DNA of 64,000 nt from Selaginella moellendorffii (lineage: Eukaryota; Plantae; Lycopodiophyta). The translations under genes were made by a program, and so were the position numbers. Positions 60,516 to 64,000 of the stretch are shown here, piece by piece. The stretch is taken from assembly GCF_000143415.4 (NCBI RefSeq), contig NW_003314275.1, forward strand, positions 2,213,419-2,277,418, given 5' to 3'. Below the pieces are notes generated by a model. It worked only from the letters and a program-made list of their open reading frames with translations, did no database searches and had not been told where the DNA came from. Positions within the stretch are counted from its first letter, which is position 1, and every line of letters begins with the position of its first letter.

Positions 60516-61544
60516 TTTATTCTATAAAATAACTAGTAAAATGTAGATTAAAAATTACTTTAATATTTTAAATTTTATTTTATAATGTCCTTTTTTTACC
60601 ATTGTTTCTATTTCTGCTAATTTCTAAAGTAGCTATGTTGCCCTCTAGATTAAGCAAGTGTCACCCCACACCAAGTAATAACAAGGTTCTAGCACATCCA
60701 TTTTATACTGTTTAATTGTTGAAGTGTAAATCCCCTAATGGATAATCCTTATTGATGAGTGCTAAAAGGCTTTGGAGCTGCCACTGGACACTCATTTAGC
60801 ATTGAATTCACATTAATGAGCATTCTGCCACTAAATGGTTTTTATGGTCCCAAATGTTTGGGGTTTAAGTTGAGAAATGAAGATTAGGCCTGTGTGATGG
60901 ATCTAAACAAATGGTTTTTAGGTTAGCCACCACAAGATCATATGTTTGAGGTTTAAGTTAAAAATAAACATTAAGGCTACAAGCTTTTATTTATGGATCT
61001 AGACAGTTTGGTGGATTTGTTGCAATGAGCCTTTAGCTACATGATGGTAGATTTGGGCTACAAGGACTTCTATGATCAAGGTAAAGAGCGAGCATTTCTA
61101 CAATTATTTATAACCAAAGATTATATGCAAAAGTTTTAATTGTTCTGATTGTTTTTCTAATACGTATATTTAAAATTTGATTTTTTATTAAAATTATTAT
61201 TATTTAAATATTTTATATTTTACAAGGTATATAAAAAGTATATTCTTTTCTTTTTGGAATTTTGACATGAAAAACCCTTAAAGAGGAATGCTAAATGAGA
61301 CCCCCCCCCAAATTAATACTTACCTTTAACATAAATTTATAGTTAACTTCAATTTAATATAAGAGTAATGCATTGGCACTACTCCTGTACGAATGCTACC
61401 TCGTGCAAAGGCCTATCACAATGGAGCTCATACGCTTTTGATGTTTCTCTCGCTGGAGTTTGACGCTCACCAGTGTCAAGAGAGGAGAGGAAGGAGAAGA
61501 GGGTAGATTGTGCTCCACGAGAGAGGAGAGAAAGGGAGAAGGAG

Positions 61545-61875
61545 AGGGCTGAGCTGTGCAAGACAGTGGGACAAAACGAAGGCAGGAAAAGGACTGTATC
61601 AGAAATGGTCTTGTACCATTCGACGGTACTGCTTGCAGCACAAGATTGTGAAGATGGCGGAAGTTATGGAAGTCTTGAGAGCGAGATTCTCTCAATCAGG
61701 CATCGAGGACGAGAACAGCCGAGGCAGGAATTCAAGTTGAGGGATCTCTCAACTCAAGTGGAGAGTGCTTTTCCATTTTGTTTTAGAGGGCTGATCCCAT
61801 ATGTGTTTCCCTCACAGGATCGTAGATGGCTTGACCGATGGAAGTATCTACCACCAACATGTTTTTCATTCTAGT
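61545..61875 (+). pseudogene. HISN2 last-exon (HisE) fragment plus 3' flank, frameshifted
   Basis: ELCKTV..NEGRKRTVSEM..VLYHS.VLLAAQD / VKMAEVMEVLRARFSQSGIE. Confidence 0.85.
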
Positions 61876-62314
61876 AGCCTTTACATGGAACATGTACAAA
61901 CAGACCGATCAAAGTGGGGAGAAAACCAAGAAAACTGAATTAAGCGAATTGAAATTTTTTATTTTGGTAGTGCGGTGGAATATGCATTTTCATATATCCA
62001 TAATCAATCCTTGACGTACCAACGTGTTGGTTCTAAAACAATAATATAGTGGAATGTTTACTTTTAGATGGTGGAATGTCTGCTGGTAAAGGCGCATTGT
62101 TCTTTGCGTCAAATTAAGAACATGAAAGTTGTGCAGAGTTCCTCAGCACTATATTTAGATTGCATATATTTCTGGATGACCAAATTATTTGCGTCAACTG
62201 GCCAATTAAAGCTCGCGGGTGGCAGGGAGCTCTCGTAGTTAGGCGTTCATGGGGGGATGCCATGGCGGTGGTGTGAAGCTGCTCCCACTGTTTTAGATTA
62301 ATTTTGTTTTTGAG

Positions 62315-63997
62315 ATGGCAACTGGTGGAAGAGTCTATAAAATGCCGCAGCAAGGTGAGTGGAGGCTAGTTTCAAGGTCAAACAAAGACTCTGCTATCTG
62401 AGCAGACCTCGACATGAGGCAGATCATCCAGGAAGCTTGCGTCCGGTGGCTCAAACCACACGAAGTTTGCGACATACTTCGCAATTATCAGAGCTACGGT
62501 TTCGATCTCAACTCCGTTCCTCCCAACCGGCCCGCCAGTGAGTGCTCCTTGCTCCTTGCCTTGTGTCACACTGACTGGCTTGCCATGCTACTAGGTGGAT
62601 CCTTGTTCTTGTTTGATCGCAAGGCTGTGAGGTGCTTTCGGAAGGATGGTCACAACTGGAAGAAAGAAGGCCAGGCTCACGAGAGGCTCAAGGTTTGCTT
62701 GCTATAACTAGGAACAACCATCGCGGCACTTGGTTCCTGATCTTGTATGCAGTCTGGAAGCATCGACGTGCTGCATTGTTACTACGCCCGTGGAGAAGAG
62801 GATCCAAATTTTCAACGGAGCTACTGGGTGCTGGAAGGGTACATAGAGCAGGAAAAAAAAACATGCATCCCCCCTCACTTGTATTATCATGGCTTGTAGT
62901 GCTTATGAACACATTGTTCTTGTCCACTACCTTCAAGTACACCAGGTCGGTTGCGGTGTTTTTCTTTTTCTAGCTTTCTTGTGGCTCGAAGCATTTCTTT
63001 TCCAGGGTCGTGAATCTGCTTATGGAGCATCTCCAGAGCATCCGGAACCTTTCTCGCACTCGGAGCATGGCGATTCAAGTGACCATGTCGAACAGATGGA
63101 GCAACTCTTTTCAAAGGATTCGCTTCTGTCGGAAACTCAGTCCGGGCAAGGTGGTAATCTTATGATGGAAGATCGTATTGATCTTAACGACCTCTTAGAC
63201 AGTCTGACACACAGCTCGATTCAAACTATTCTGCAGACATGTTCCTCGGCCATCAGCCGCTCAGTCCTGCCGTGAGCTTGGACATGAGCGGATGGAAAGA
63301 AGTTCTGCGAAGCTATCGAGAGAATCCAACGAATGGCCCAGTCAAGCAAGAGGATTCAGATGCTTTAGAGCAGCGTACTACCGTGGATGCATCGCCGGGA
63401 CAAGTCAAGTTTGACGATGGAATAATGTTCAAGTTATCACCTGAAGCGATTCCAAGTCCCAAGGCGATCATGGAAGTCCTCTCTCAACCGGGTCTGGGTC
63501 GCCAGCCTCACACACTTCTCGAGGCCCAGCTGCGTGCTGCCACCGCCGAGAACGCCATGAAAACAGCACAAAGCCTCTCTCTGGTGAGTGCAGTTCTTTA
63601 CATGTAATCTCTAACACGTCCATGCAGCGCTGGCGGGAAAGTGTTTTCTCTCGCCCGCCTGCGCAGAACGTCCTTGTGGATATGGGGCGCTCTTCTCGAC
63701 AGGTAAAAGTTTCTCTTTCTCTCGTGCAGCGCCCTGGATAAAAACTCATTTTCAAAGCTTGTCAAACAGGAAGAGAGCGACATCAAGAGCCTAGCTAGTT
63801 TTGGACGATGGGCGCTGGCAAAATTTGGTAACGACGACGATGCAGGTGCGCCACTCGAGGCCGCGCCCTCGGTCTCGAGCTCCGTTTGGGCAGCCATGGA
63901 CGTTGACAAGGACAGAGAAGAAACCTCCAACCTCCCTACGCCAATGGAGCTTGAGATGAGTGCCCAGTTCCAACGCTTCAGCATTACAGACCTTTAA
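62315..63997 (+). CDS. CAMTA-derived CG-1-only gene, copy D; ends ...QRFSITDL* at the TIG boundary. The exon-6 donor is deleted: stop at 63275 unless cryptic donor CAAG|GTGGT at 63151 is used
   Basis: CG-1 exons are in phase, with an in-frame deletion of about 5 aa (WKKEGQAHERLK). TAA at 63995-63997. Confidence 0.6.
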
Positions 63998-64000
63998 GAA

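Overview
Eukaryotic plant nuclear DNA. The genes are dense and GC-rich, with very short introns (about 50-80 nt) and small intergenic gaps. This resembles a lycophyte such as Selaginella, but that is inference and no database was checked. Three zones: (1) 1-14.0 kb is a gene island: at least 3 tandem ELIP genes, a PORR-domain protein, a RUP-like WD40 protein, an AT-hook/MNM1-like protein, 3-hydroxybutyryl-CoA dehydrogenase and chloroplast TatC. (2) 14.0-23.5 kb is an AT-rich transposon graveyard: a bulb-lectin relic, an inverted pair of retroelement remnants with an expanded hexamer satellite, two solo LTRs with TSDs, and a complete TRIM (LTRs, PBS, PPT, TSD). (3) 23.5-45.5 kb is a second gene island (FtsHi5, GH17-X8 glucanase, D6PK-like AGC kinase, FdC1, carboxylesterase, PPOX2, LLG-like, glyoxal oxidase, polygalacturonase, HISN2). 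It is followed at 45.7-64 kb by a rearranged tandem array whose unit is [HISN2 fragment + shared promoter + CAMTA-derived gene]. Three CAMTA copies keep a spliceable CG-1 DNA-binding domain, and each stops at or before the TIG domain. That region also contains a Cassandra-like solo LTR carrying a 5S rRNA internal promoter. All exon boundaries were read by eye from GT/GC-AG sites and frame continuity.
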